NCBI GenBank assembly: GCA_054600435.1
Contig: BAAIJX010000040.1
Location: 62,001-126,000 of the forward strand
Direction of reading: 5' to 3'
DNA from: Neophaeotheca triangularis
Lineage: Eukaryota
DNA: 64,000 bases
The translations under genes and the position numbers were made by a program. This document shows, piece after piece, positions 43,758 to 56,300 of the stretch. Position 1 is the stretch's first letter. Each line of letters begins with the position of its first letter. The notes under the pieces were generated by a model. The model had not been told where the DNA came from. It did no database searches and was given only the letters and a program-made list of their open reading frames with translations.

Positions 43758-46337
43758 AATGGCGTCAAAGTATTGATGATTAGAAGAAGAGGAAGGGGGG
43801 TAAATGGGATGGGAAGAATGAAAACAAAAGATCGAAAACCTACCTCTCGAAGGCTTGAAATGGGGATTGATAAGGCATATAGGATGCTGTTGTCCAAGGC
43901 GGGGTTTGGGCCTGGAAGAAGCGAGCCAAGTGTACTTCCCTAGTGACTTGTACATGTACTTGCAGTCTGTACTTGCTACAGACTGCAAGTATACAGTACG
44001 CTGCCGGGGTCAGCATGGCGGATCGGCGGCGTACCGCCTACGCCCCCAGCTCAAGCCTTGGAGAGCTTGTCGACAGGTCGACGAGATGAGACTTGGTACA
44101 TTCTACTTACTGTACCTGTATCCCGCTGGCAAAGGATCTGCCTCTGGATCTGCCCTATTGAGGACCCTGTAGTGCTTGTACACCTCTTGCTATTCAATGT
44201 ACCAAGCATTAGGCCTCGTCGAGCCATGCTCCTGCGTTTGCTTATGCTGCTATACAGATGAACAGCTGAGGTAGCTATACGAGCTGTGCGGGAAAAGGTG
44301 ATACTGTAGCTTTCCCACACCAAACCCGTACTTAGCCACGCAGCCTCGCGAGAGTCGTAGATTCGACCAATGCTAGGTACTGACCATAGGTACAGTATTA
44401 TGAGCGACCGCAGGTAAAAGTAATAGTAAAGCATCGCTGGTGCATTCACGAATGGAGTAAAGGCTCGAACCCCACGGCAGTTAAAACTCCACAATTTCGA
44501 GGCTTGGTGCGTCTTGTTCAGCATGGAGCTGGGGGCGGGGCGCGGGGGCCCCACGAGCAGTCATGTGGTTTCTATTTTGCCGTCCGTGGCAGTGGAGACC
44601 TCTCTTTCATAAGGTACTTTACCTACCTCTATACCATGACACCTCCTTGGGTAGGCTCCTACCATCTGGGCAGCGACAGAGATGCGTGACTGGTTAATTA
44701 AATATTGCGCAAACGTAACAAACAACCTCTCTTGGCAAAGGAAGAAGAGGGGAGCTAGCGCGTCCAGCAGTCACCCAGAGACGTGGAGAGAGAGACCGAG
44801 TCAGGGAGCTGTAGACTGTATGTACTGTATGTACTACATTCACTACATGCTATGCGGAACGAGCGGCCTCGCCAGTTGTAACTTGTAAGGCTGAGCTGGG
44901 CAGTCTTGGTCTCAGACTACTAAAGTGGCTTGAGCGAGCAATGGTCGAGATGCTAATGGTCTTAGGGCAAGCTAGTTAGCTACCTACCTACCTACCTAAA
45001 CAATTCCAACTTCCAAGCCCAGCCTCTTTTAGCGCAGTCGAGCTTCCCCTAAGTAGGTACACGGCGGCCGTGACTACTACAACTCTACATTGGTGCCCGG
45101 ACCGTTGCTTGCGTGAGCCTCACGTGCACTGGCTACCAACCAATCCCGCCAAGCTTTGCTGGGCGGCGACGACAAGACCTGCACCTTGCCGGTTCTATTG
45201 GATCTCGTCCGCTTTCCCCGCGCAGCAAATCTGTGGGGGAACATGGTAGATGGTAGACTTTCGAGGCGCGCCCCTCGGAGTCGCTCTGTCAATGAACAAT
45301 TGACAGGCGCGAGCTCCTCTGCGCTGCGTGCCGAGCGGCTTTGCCAGGGTAGGAGTCGTCGACGTTGGAAGCTGTACCCTTTTCTCCTGGCCTCCCCTGG
45401 CGCGGACGGCTTTCTCGGCCTGTTTTTGCCCTTGGCCAGGGCCCGAAGCTAGAGATGCAACGTTTTCTCGTAGTCACTCAATGGCCCCCTCGTTTCGCGT
45501 CTCAGGTTCACGCCCCTAATAGTATGGCGATCACGAGGTGAGGGTAAAAAACTTTCTTCCTTGTCGAAGAACTCTCGAGAGAAAGGGCTCACGTTGGTGC
45601 TGCTCAATCATGTCGAGGCATTCCTAGGCAAGCGGCATCTTTCTTGGAGAGCTTCTAGATGCATTGGTAGCGTGGTAGATGTTGATCGTAGACACTCGTT
45701 ATTCTACTGGTGAAGTCGCAAGGCCCAAAGCAACAACATATGTATGCCGTCGAAGGTCCAGAACGAAGTCGACCTGCCGCCATGCCGCCGCACAACATCC
45801 GGGTCTGGCCCGACCAAGCCAAGTCACAGCCCTGTCGGCTGCCCGTGGTACAGGTCACTCGTATAGCCCTGTAGGGCAGCAAGTACCGGTACTTGGGAGG
45901 TACTTTTGGGGCTGGGGTATGCTGTAAGCTGGGGTGGTAGTGTTTGCCGACGAGACGCGGCTTCGGGATTTTTCACTATCGTTGTCGTGGCAAGAGCGGG
46001 TACTGCGGGGATAGTCGAGTGCCTAACCACGCTACCCCATAGAGCAGGCGGAGAGCCTGGATCGTCTAAGGTGAGGGTGGCCAACGCAATCAATTGTCTG
46101 GGCGACGAAGGTGACCCCTCTTCCTGGTTTTACAGTAGGACGACAAGGCGGATGCAGCGGGCACAACGGCGAGGCCGTAGTGATGGTGAGTAGCGTCAAT
46201 GACTTGCTGATCAAGGGTCAATGAACAGGCAGGGGAGAGCAGCGAAGGGGGGATGAAGGTGGTCGCTCGTAGGTTGGAAGACTGTGAGTGCCCTTCGTTG
46301 CTCAGATCGCAACACATTGGTAGAGTGGTTGGTAAGA

Positions 46338-46579
46338 ACGGATCGTGCGGTCATGAGGCGGAATCGTTGACTTTGGTGGACGAGTTGATATCGCTCTTCC
46401 ATCAAGTGTAGTACTTAACATGTACGTAGGAGTAGTGGGAACGACGGGTCTTGCGGTCTTGAAGCGGAATCGCTGACCTGTCTCTGGCCATTTAGTATCA
46501 CTCGTCCATCAAGCGTAGTACTATACATGAAGATAGAATCAGTGGTCACGACGGATCTTGCGGTTTCGAAGCGGAATCG
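46338..46579. repeat. Diverged tandem repeat, 106-107 bp unit, about 2.3 copies
   Basis: Units start at 46338, 46444 and 46551 with ACGGRTCKTGCGGT..GARGCGGAATCG; copies 1 and 2 also share TCCATCAAGYGTAGTACT..ACATG. Confidence 0.85.
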
Positions 46580-48457
46580 TGGGCTTGACGGGTTGGTGGT
46601 GCCCGTCTGACGAGTGCAAGTAGCCCTCTTCGCTGTCGTGTCGGGCGGTGTTGTAAAGTGTTCGCCCACGATCGTTCATCCCCTCTGGGGCACTATTCAA
46701 ACGAGCCAGCTTCGTTCGGTTCACGTAGAGCAGTGTATGAAACGTTCCCATTATTCTCACTCAATCCTTTCATGCTATCCTTTCATGCTATCAAAGATCA
46801 GTTGCTCGAGTTGCCTTACCCCTGACTTTCCTGTCTTGTTCGATCAATTCGACTGCCGGCTGTCAATCACGAGAAACGCGGTCCACGATCCTATCGCTCG
46901 CACTGTGTTGACTCCGTCTCTTCGAGCCTCCTCGACAAGCGAGCCGGCGCCTTGCGCGTTGTACACCTACTACGGACCTTCCCTGCCGTCGTCGACTCTT
47001 CAAAGGCCGGTCCGGCGTGACGCCGCTCGATGCCATCCCTCGAAGACGCCGTCGACCTCCTTCAGACCGTCGAGTAGGAGGGATTAGTTCATAGACAAAG
47101 GAGAAGATGACCAAGATCCCGTCGATGGTAGACTATGTCCTACGCTCCTCGTTTGTCGGCTGTCCTTGGTCACGAAGAACTGAGGGTTGGAAGGTGAGGG
47201 TGACTCTGCGGATAACGAACGACTTGAGAACAACGCTGGTGGGTCGAAATCCACGCCCTCATAGTAGAACAAGAGGGCCCTGAACCCTGTTGTGCTAGGA
47301 CGTCTCTTCATTCGGCATCGTCATGACACTATTAGGTCCTCCTCGATAATGTGACGCTCATCAGACCGGTCCCTTCGTAACAATCAACAGGCAGATGACT
47401 CGGCTCAATAGCAAGATAAGGACACTGAACTGAGGTAATCGCCGCCGTCGGCGGCGCACCATCAAGCAGTCCAACTAGACTATGAGATGATTTCGTCGAT
47501 TCCTTCAATGTCGTCAAGGAGTTAAATCAACAGAAATCGTCGACGGTCAGACAATGCGCCCGTGGCGTCTAACGAGGAATCACACCTACAACAGCTTGTG
47601 CGTCAGCGATGCAACCATAAGTCGATGCTTACAATCCACCTTTCCATCGAAACAGCGTACCTCAACAATCCTAGTCATCACTCAGTCTTACACGCTCATC
47701 GATAGTTCCTGCTCTTACCTTCGGTAGGTATCGGGTCACCGAGACCACGGGTGAAGGCGTAATTCGTCGCGTTTCTTTGATGCGAAACCTTTGAGCGATT
47801 GAGGTTCACTCAAGGAGGGCAGACGATGCCCAGCAGAACTTCGTCCGTAGCGTCTACCGCTCTCCTACTTGGGCTCGTGAGCAGATGGCCATGAGATGGC
47901 GAGGGTTTACGGCGTCACAACCTAAGGCGAACAATCTGTGAGTCAAACACAGCGACGTTGTGAGCTTCTCTCACACGATTCGAGGCTTGCGCCAGGCTGT
48001 CTTTTTGCCTCTGTACCGAGCGTGGGTATTGCACAACCAGAGACGGCTAGACAACGATCTGATGTCTTTAGTCTTCGTTCCTGGCTCTCTCGAAGACCGT
48101 TCCGGTGATGCCGAATCGGTCTTTGTCGCCAATCTCAAAGAACTCCATTGTATCCATGACCAGCTGTTCTGAGGGCACTTTGTTCTCATTGTGTCGATTC
48201 TTTATCACACACAAAGCCATTGTCCTGCGCGGAGACTCCAGCAAACGGAAATTTAAAGCAGTCGTCGCACCCATCGACCAAATCTTCTTGATTCCTCAGA
48301 CAGTCGGTTGATCGAGAACAAGAACGAGGTCTTCAGGTAAGTCCTCGCCTAACCCCCAAAGAAACTAACCAATTCTTCCAGCCCAGCAGAGCCCCTTCAC
48401 CTCAACCCACGCACCCACACACCCACACTCTCACACTGTCACGCACCCACCCAAAGA

Positions 48458-48991
48458 ATGGCCTCCTCCAACAACTGCCACGCTCACCAACCCAACTATG
48501 ACTACAGCGCAGCACCCTGCCAACGCCTCATCCTCGACTACCGCCATTGCGTCCACAAATACGTCGAGCCCATCCGCTGCGGCCACCGCTTCTGCCTCGA
48601 AAACCCCGCCCACTACCACCCGGGCCTGATCCCCGAAGACATCGACAACTGGTCCAACGCCGTCTTCAAACGCAAGCTCTTCTGGAGCAAATGCCGAGAC
48701 TGCGAGCTGCGCGACCAGGAGAGCGAGTTCGAAAGCAAGAAGCGCGTTTACGGACAACTGCTGGATTCCGGGCGCGAGCTGGATGATCCCATGCTTGTGG
48801 ATGCGGGGCGCGTGTGGGCGCAGGCGAGGGTGCTGAGGGATCGTAGGGTTGCGCACATTGCGAGATTCGCTTGGGATACGACGGACTGGGAGTGGGTGAG
48901 GACTTATGAGGGTCAGAGTCTGCCTGGGTGCGCGACGCCGAGTCCGGAGCGGTTGGCTGAGCCGGGGGTGTTTAGGGCGCCGAGGAGGTAG
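48458..48991 (+). CDS. Small Cys/His-rich hypothetical protein, possibly zinc-binding
   Basis: 177-aa ATG-initiated ORF with C..(Y)RHCVH..CGHRFC..CRDC, coding-like codon bias and no signal peptide. Confidence 0.65.
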   Translation: MASSNNCHAHQPNYDYSAAPCQRLILDYRHCVHKYVEPIRCGHRFCLENPAHYHPGLIPEDIDNWSNAVFKRKLFWSKCRDCELRDQESEFESKKRVYGQLLDSGRELDDPMLVDAGRVWAQARVLRDRRVAHIARFAWDTTDWEWVRTYEGQSLPGCATPSPERLAEPGVFRAPRR

Positions 48992-50396
48992 GTAGGGGGT
49001 GGTGTTTACGAAGGCTAGGGGTTTGGCGTTGGAGTGCTCATGGGAGGCGGGATGGCGCTGGCGCCTTCGCTAAGGTAGGTTGGCTGCGTTTTCCTATGTC
49101 TTTCCTTTTGTCGGGTATTGGGATAGATCGGGTTGGCTGTTTCGCTTTAAGCACGTAAGTTCTATAATCATCACTGTCTCTGGGTATTATCATCATTCGA
49201 AGTTTCGTTATTTTCGCTTTTCTCGAATAAGTGTTAGTGGTCCGACGGGGTAAGGTAGCTGTCTATTGCTTCTTGCTGGTAACGGCGACTGTGACAATGT
49301 AAAACTCGTATCCAACGTTGCTTTTCAAGAAGCTCTCCTTCACTGAAAGTGTCATTGCTAGAGCAGCGAGAGTAGCTAGCCCCATGTCAATTTCATCAAA
49401 TTCTTGTTCAGACTCGAGCTCGTCGTTGCAATTTGGGTCCTTAACTGGACGCTGTGTCCAGCATCAGCGAAAGGTAAATACTAGGAAGCAACCAGAACAT
49501 GGAAAGGCGTCTCAGCAGACATCTGGCACTTCGTCTCCAAGAAAAATCCGCTCTCCGACCAGCCTACTGCTCTCATGCACCAACAGCAATGGAACACTTA
49601 CCTACGCGAAACCCCCATAGAACTTCCAAAGACGAACACCTTGGTGCAAACATAAGTCCGCGTTTTCTTAATACATACTAATGTTTTTACAAGTGTTTTT
49701 GGTTCACGCCCTCGCGCTTTTTCCGTCCCCTCGAAGAAACCACAACCATCCCCATGTACTCGCTTTCAGGCACACACTGTCGCACCTTCGACATTCCAAA
49801 AAGCTCCAGCACTCACGATCAAGATCATCGCGTCCTCTCAGCCACCACCCAACGAGCCCAAAGCTCCTCACCACGCACTAGGCGTGGTCGGCGCGCTCTT
49901 AGAAGTCTTGTCATGCCCTTCAAGCAGCAGATAGAGATTGTCAGCGCGGTGTTCAGAGCCAGTTCGTGGTAGCTCAACGGCGGCCGTTGTTGCGGCGGCT
50001 CCGCCAGTTGCGGGAGTTGTTCTTACCACTGCCGCTTCTGCGCCGGGTTTGGACGTTGTCTTCGGAGTCGCCGTGGTCGATTATGCCATCGTCTTCGGCG
50101 CCGTCGTTGGCGTAGAGGTTTTCCCCGCCGTCTTCGTAGGAAGCGCGATGGGCATTGTTGCTGCGGTGGTGGTTGTAGCCATAGCTGTCGCCATAGCTGC
50201 TGCCATACGAACGGGGGCCGGCGTGATCGAAGGTCGAGCCATAACCTTTGCGAAGCGAGTCGGCGGGGCCGCGTGGAGCCTGATACAAGCTCGGCTCTCT
50301 GTTCGAACTTGGCTCTCTATCATCGCGAACATCTCTAGCATCCCTTCCAAGCCTTGCTTCGTAATCTGGGCGATCAACAGGGGCGTCATCAAGCTC

Positions 50397-53300
50397 CTAG
50401 CCATTAGCGCCGCCATCGTTCTGCCCGCCCATCTGACCACCCTCGCCACCGCGCATCCTCTTCTCGTCGCCGGTATGCTCAGTTGGGTTACTTCTCTTCT
50501 GGCCCGCGTTGGCAGCCATGCCACCACCACGCTGAGCACCACCACCTCGACCGCCGCGAGGAAGGCCGGAAGCGTTGCCGCCGCCGCGCCCTTGCGAATG
50601 TCCGCCGGCGCGCGGGAGGCCGGAAGCGTTGTTGGCGCCTCGGTTGGCAGGGCCTGGGAGTCTGCTGCCAGCTGGTTGGGGAAGACCGGAGCCACGACCT
50701 GGACCGGGTCCGCCTTGCTGCGGCTGCTGCTGTTGGTTGGAAGCACCTGCGAAGTTGAAAGAGGGCGCAGTGGGATTCTTGCCGGGCTGACCAAAACTGC
50801 CTTGACCTTGGGGCTTGGCTGGCAAACCAGCCGAGGGCTTGCCAAAAGAACTTCCCATGGTCATGGACGGAGAAGGCTGTTTCACAGCGCCGAAGCGAGC
50901 AGCGCGCTCTTGCATCTTCTGCTGTTCAGAGCTCTGCGGTTGTGGTGCTTGCTGTGGAGTTCCCTGTTTTTGTTGGGTTTCAGACTCTTGAGATGGTTCA
51001 GCAGCAGGGGCAGCTTGAGCAGCAGAGGTGGGAGTCTTGGTAGGCGACTGTTGCTCGATGTTAGTCGCGGATTGCTTCCTGTCAGTGTTCGTCTCCGCGC
51101 TGCCAGTAGTCTCCTGCTTCACCTGAGTGGAAGCCGGAGCAGGTGAGCTAGCGGAGCCACCAGTCTTGGAAGCAGTAGAAGGCGTCGCTGGAGCAGGCTT
51201 CTGGGAGTTCGGCAGCGGAGGCGCCTTGACCTTGGCCGCAACGTCGAAAGCTGGCTTGAGAGGCTGGTCGGGGGCCTCCTTGACGGCGGCTTCGAGAGCC
51301 GTCCACTGGGCCTTTGCATTTCTACCTACAGCGACAAAGACGTCTTTCTTCTTGCTCTCCATGAGTGCCTGCTGCTTCTCCTTGGCAAGAGTTTCCTTTT
51401 CGGCGTTGAGCGTTTCCTTTTCGGAATTGAGCGTCTCGAGCTGCGCTTTGAGTTCGTCGCGCTCGCGAGTGACAGACTCGAGCTGCTGGCGGAGCAAGTC
51501 GCCGTCGTCGGAAGGCGATGCGTTCTTGATGTCCTGCTCGAGCTGAGCGATCTTGGCATCTTTCTCCGCGATGAGCTGTTCGCGTTGAGCCTCGAGCTCT
51601 GCGATGCGGGCACGATGGGTCTCAGAGTGCTTCTTGACGTTGTTCTGAATCACCGTACGCAAGAAGGGGCTCCTCTTAAGCAAGTCCCTAGCCTGCTCGT
51701 CGGTTAGTTCAGAGTCGTCAGAGCCCGCCTTCGGCGGCGCCGTCGCTTCGGATTGATCGCCTGCCTCTCCCTCAGCCACGCTCTGGCCAGCGCTGGCCTC
51801 CGTGACCCTCTTAAGCTCTGCTTCAAAGTCCACCTTCAACTTCTCAACAGCCGCCGCGTGCTCCTCCTTCAACTGGACAACCACTGCATCATGCTCTTCG
51901 CGCAACTTCTGCAGCTCGGCGTTGTGTTCATCTTGAGACTCTGTCGTTAGCGTCTCGCGGTACTGTTTGCGCTCCTCCTTCAGCCTCTCACGAAGTTGGT
52001 CCTTCATCCTCGCAATGCGCTCGTCGCGGTTTTGTTCCACCTGCTTGATGGCTACTTCGTGCTGGGCTTCCAGTTCTTGCCGTAGCTTTGCACACTCCTC
52101 GGCAACCTGGTCGGCCACGGATCGCTCGCCTTCGGCAGGTTCGGCATTGGTCGTAGTAGAGTCGCCAGTGGATGCAGCGTTCGCGCGGAGAGCCTCGAGC
52201 TCTTGCTGTGCGGTCTCGAGCTGGCTGCGGACATTCTCCAGGAGGTCAACATCCTCATTCGACTTGGAAGTTTCGGCCGTAGCTTCAACCTGCGTGTTGG
52301 CACTTGCAGACTTTGCGGTCTCAAGCTCGCCCTGCAACTGAGTAGCCTGGTTCTGCAGCTGCGACACCTGGCCCTCGAGCTCTTGAACACGCGTTTGCAG
52401 CGTTTGAACTTCGACAGACAAAGCCTCTGCACGCCCAGAGTGGTTGCTGGCATGTTGTTCAGCCTCCGCAATGCGCGCGTGCAAAGCAGCGTGATCTGAC
52501 TCGCCGTCCTCGTTGACCTCACCCTCCTCTTGTCCTCCAGCATTGACAGAAGCCTTCGCCCTAGCGTCCTCCAGGTCCCTCTGCGCCTGCTCCAGCTCTG
52601 CAACCTTTGCCGCCAATTGTCCATCTGTCTCTTCCTTAGCCGCATTTGCGGTGGCGACCGACGCATTCGCAGCTTCGACATTACCACGCATTTCAGTCAG
52701 ACGCTCGTTTTGCTTCCGATTCTGCTCTTTAGCCTGAGCCTTGAACTTGGTCAAAGTCTCCGAATGCTTGGCCGTCGCCTCTTGCACAGCCGTGGCGACT
52801 GTAGCGTCAAAAGCCTCGATCTTTTCTCGGAGAGGAGCGGTCTCTGCCTCCAGACGCACTTCAAAGGCATCAATCTGCTCCTGCAACGGCACCCGCTCGT
52901 TCTCCAGGCGCTCCTTGTCGGCCTCCAGGTCTGTGATTTGCTGCTTGATACGAGTCAACTCCTCGGCGTCGACGACACCATGCTTGTTCATGAGCCTGTG
53001 GGTACGATCGCGCCAGTTGTTGCGGTCCTCGGTCGTCAAACGCAGATCTTGATCCTTGTATTCCATGTTGGTTTCCAGCTCGAAAACCTGCTGCTTCAAT
53101 GGTTCAAGCTCTTCGCGAAGTTTCTCGACTTCCTTCTCCCGAGCCTCAAGCTTCTCACGGGTCCTGCGGGCTTCGTCGCGGAGGTGGACAGTGCTCTCGC
53201 GGTAAGTGTTCAGCTCTCGCAGAGTCTCCTCGAGCTGGGAGAAGACGGTTGGGTTGCTAATCTTCGCCTCGGAAGCCCTAATCTCCTCGCGCAGCTTCTC

Positions 53301-56300
53301 ACGAGCCTTCTCCATCTCATCCCTGGCGTACTGGAGCTCGTGTTGATAGCGGCGCGAATCGCGCTTCTCCTTGTCGTGATTGACTTGCAGCATCTCCTTC
53401 TCGCGGCGAAGGTAGTCGATCACGGCTTGCATGCCGCTTTCGTCATGCTGGTAAGCACTTGCAGGACCACCGGTTAAGGAATTCAGACGGTTTTGGCGAA
53501 TGGTTTCGAGCTCTGAGGCATACTTCTTCAGCTGATCGTGCAGGTTGTTAATATGATCATCGGCCGAATCCTTCCTCATACGAGCATCGCGAAGCTGCTC
53601 TTCGAGTTGTTCCTGAAGACCCTCCCAGTTGTTCTTGGCGGTGTCAAGCTCGTCCTTAGCGGTCATGGCGGCCACCTTGAGTTCGTGAGACTTCTCGCGG
53701 AGTTCGTTGTACTCCTTCTTCGTGTTGTTCAGAGACTGTGTGGCCTCCGCGTGGCGAACGAGCTCTTCCTCATAGTGAGTCTGCGCGGTCCGCGCAATCT
53801 CGCCTTGGGCTTTAAGATCCTCCACAAACGCCTTACGCTCTTCGCTGAATCGTGTAGCGTCGTCTTCGAGCTTGACGATCTTGGCCTCGAGTGTGCGTTT
53901 CTGCTCAGCAAAGTCGCGATTGCTATCCTCTTGCTGTTCCTTGAGTTCAGCCAGCTCGCTGTTGGCCTGAGTCAACTCGGTAGTGAGATCAACAACGCGC
54001 TGCTCAAGCTCTGCGATGCGAGCATCCTTGGTAGCAATCAGTTCATCCATCTCCTCCTGATAGGCTTCGCTGGACTCGTTCAGAGCATCGAGATCTTCTT
54101 GAGTTTGCTTGGCAATTTGGTTCATGTTGTTGTACTGCTCACGCGAACGCTCGAGGTCTTCTTCGGCGTAGCGCAGTTTAGTCTTCAGGTCATCGACTTC
54201 GGAACGACGACGCTCCTCCACCTCCCACTCGTCGTCCTGAGGCTGGAAGTACCGCAATTTGTCTTGAGCAGCGGTGAGCTGAGTAGACAGCTCGTCGATT
54301 CGGGCCTGCTTCTCCGCCTTGACGCCGTCGAAATTGGAGATTTGCAGGCGGAGAGGCTCGATAGTCTTCATCATCTCATCGCTGCGGTCGCGGAAACGCT
54401 GCTTCTCGAAGGCATACTTCTCAGACTCTCGCTTCAGTTCCGCGGCGAGCTCACTGCGTTCCTTTCTGACTGTGTCCCTCTCTTCCTTCACCTCCTTGAA
54501 CTGGTCCAAGGTGGTACGCATCGCCTCGTCATGCTGTAGGTTGCGCTCGCTTGACAGACGCTCCACATCTTGAATCTTGCTCTGCCACTCCTCGCGCTCG
54601 GTACGAATCTTCTCCAGGTCAGAGATGGCATGCTGCTTCGCGTCTTCCAGTGTCTTCTGGTGGTCTTTGAGGCTTTCGATCTTCTGCTCAAGACTGGAAA
54701 CCTTGGCTTTGAACTCAACCACGTCTTCTGAAAGTGCAATAGCCTTGAAGTCGAGAGCCTTGTTATGGTTCTCGAGCTCATGTGAGTGCTTGCGAAGCTC
54801 GGTGTGCTCGGCTTGAAGGGCTTTGTAGTTGTCGGTGTAAACGCTCAAACGACCTTCGGCGGAGTAGACTTGGCCCTGGGCCTTGGTAAGTTCGGCTTGC
54901 ATATTGTTGAGCTCGGTCTTGAGAGCGTTCTCTTTCTCTCGCATCTCCTTGTAGGCGTTTTCGCGGAAATTGTCGAAGGCAATGGTTTGCTCCTTCAGCA
55001 CTTGAGCCTGAGCTTCAGCCGCTGCTTGGGCGGCTCGAGCTGTCGACGGGGTTTGGGGAACTGCAGGCTCAGACTGGTTCTGCGGTCCTGGAGTAGTAGG
55101 CGCGGCACTCTGACCGAACAGCTGATGGATGTCGTCCTGGTTCATGCCATCGGGAAGACGGCCACGACTCTTGAGGATGCGACGGTACATGTTGCGCTCT
55201 TGTACATAGCTTTCGACGGTCGTGAGAAGCGACTCGGCTTGCTCCTTGTAGTACTCCCGACTCTTCCTGAGACTCTCGGTCTCTTCGCCGTCTTGCTCAA
55301 CTCTGCGGTTCTTCTCTGCCTTCATGGCGTCAACCTTCTCGGCAGCGTCACGCACAGTCCTGAGCAGGCGCTCGTTCTGTTGTTGCATCTGGGTGGCAGT
55401 TCTGAAAGCGACGAGGTTCTCGCTAACGAAGCGAGTCCCGTTGTCAGGGTCGAGAATGTCGAGTGTCGCGTTGTCGAACTGGCCACGGGCGGCACGCTCC
55501 AGAGCGACGCTCTCGTCAAAAGTCGGCTCGGCCATGCCTTGTTCCCGGCGAATTTGCTCAGTAACGAGGAGCTTGATTTGAACGCAGTGGTCGCGAAGTT
55601 GTTGGCTCTTCAGCTCGTTCTCGCGCGCAAACCCGGCGGCCTCATCCCTCCAGCGGCCTTCAGCCTTCTTCGCCTCATCACGAGCCTTGTGCGCTTCTTC
55701 GAGCGTCAAAGAGTACTGGTAAACTTCATTCTCCAAACGCTCTTGCTCTTCCCTCATCTTCTCAACGTCTGGCTTCCGCGCCTCCAGCTCATTCATCATG
55801 TCCTCCAAGCTCTTCTGCAGTCGCTCACAACGTCGGCCCTCTGCAGCAAGCTCTTCGGTCAGATCGTTATTCTGGTCGGAGAGTTGCTGCCAAGAAAGCT
55901 CATGCTGAGGACGCCCTGTCCTGGAGTTCATGGGAGTGCCGGCTTGGGAGGCGTTGAATTTGGACGGCGTTGGTTTGCTGGATTTGAACATCCTGGAGGG
56001 TGTCATCTTGGACGGGGTCGCAAAATGGCTGCTCATGCGCCGATTTGCGATAGTGGCCTGGCGAGGTGTGCGGAGCGAGTCCTGGAGCTGCTCTTCGAGG
56101 TCCTTGACTTTGATCTCAAGATCGGCAACTTTCTGGTAGGCGTCGTTCTTGCTTGCATTCTCCTCGTCAATGTCAGCCGTCAGCTGCCCAAGCTCCTTCG
56201 TGTAGTCCTGACGTTGCGATTCCAGCTCCTTTTCAAGCTCTTGAACGCGGCCTTTGTGGGTGCGAGCGTTTTGTTCGTGCAGCTCTGCAAGGCGCTTAGT

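Noticed and set aside
46338..46579. CRISPR-like appearance of ~30-bp repeats at regular spacing
   Set aside because: The intervening sequences are homologous to each other, so it is a tandem repeat; the context is eukaryotic with no cas genes.
46860..48330. Short stop-interrupted frames resembling gene relics (e.g. 47084-47311, 48068-48274)
   Set aside because: No recognisable family motif; cannot be supported without a translated homology search.
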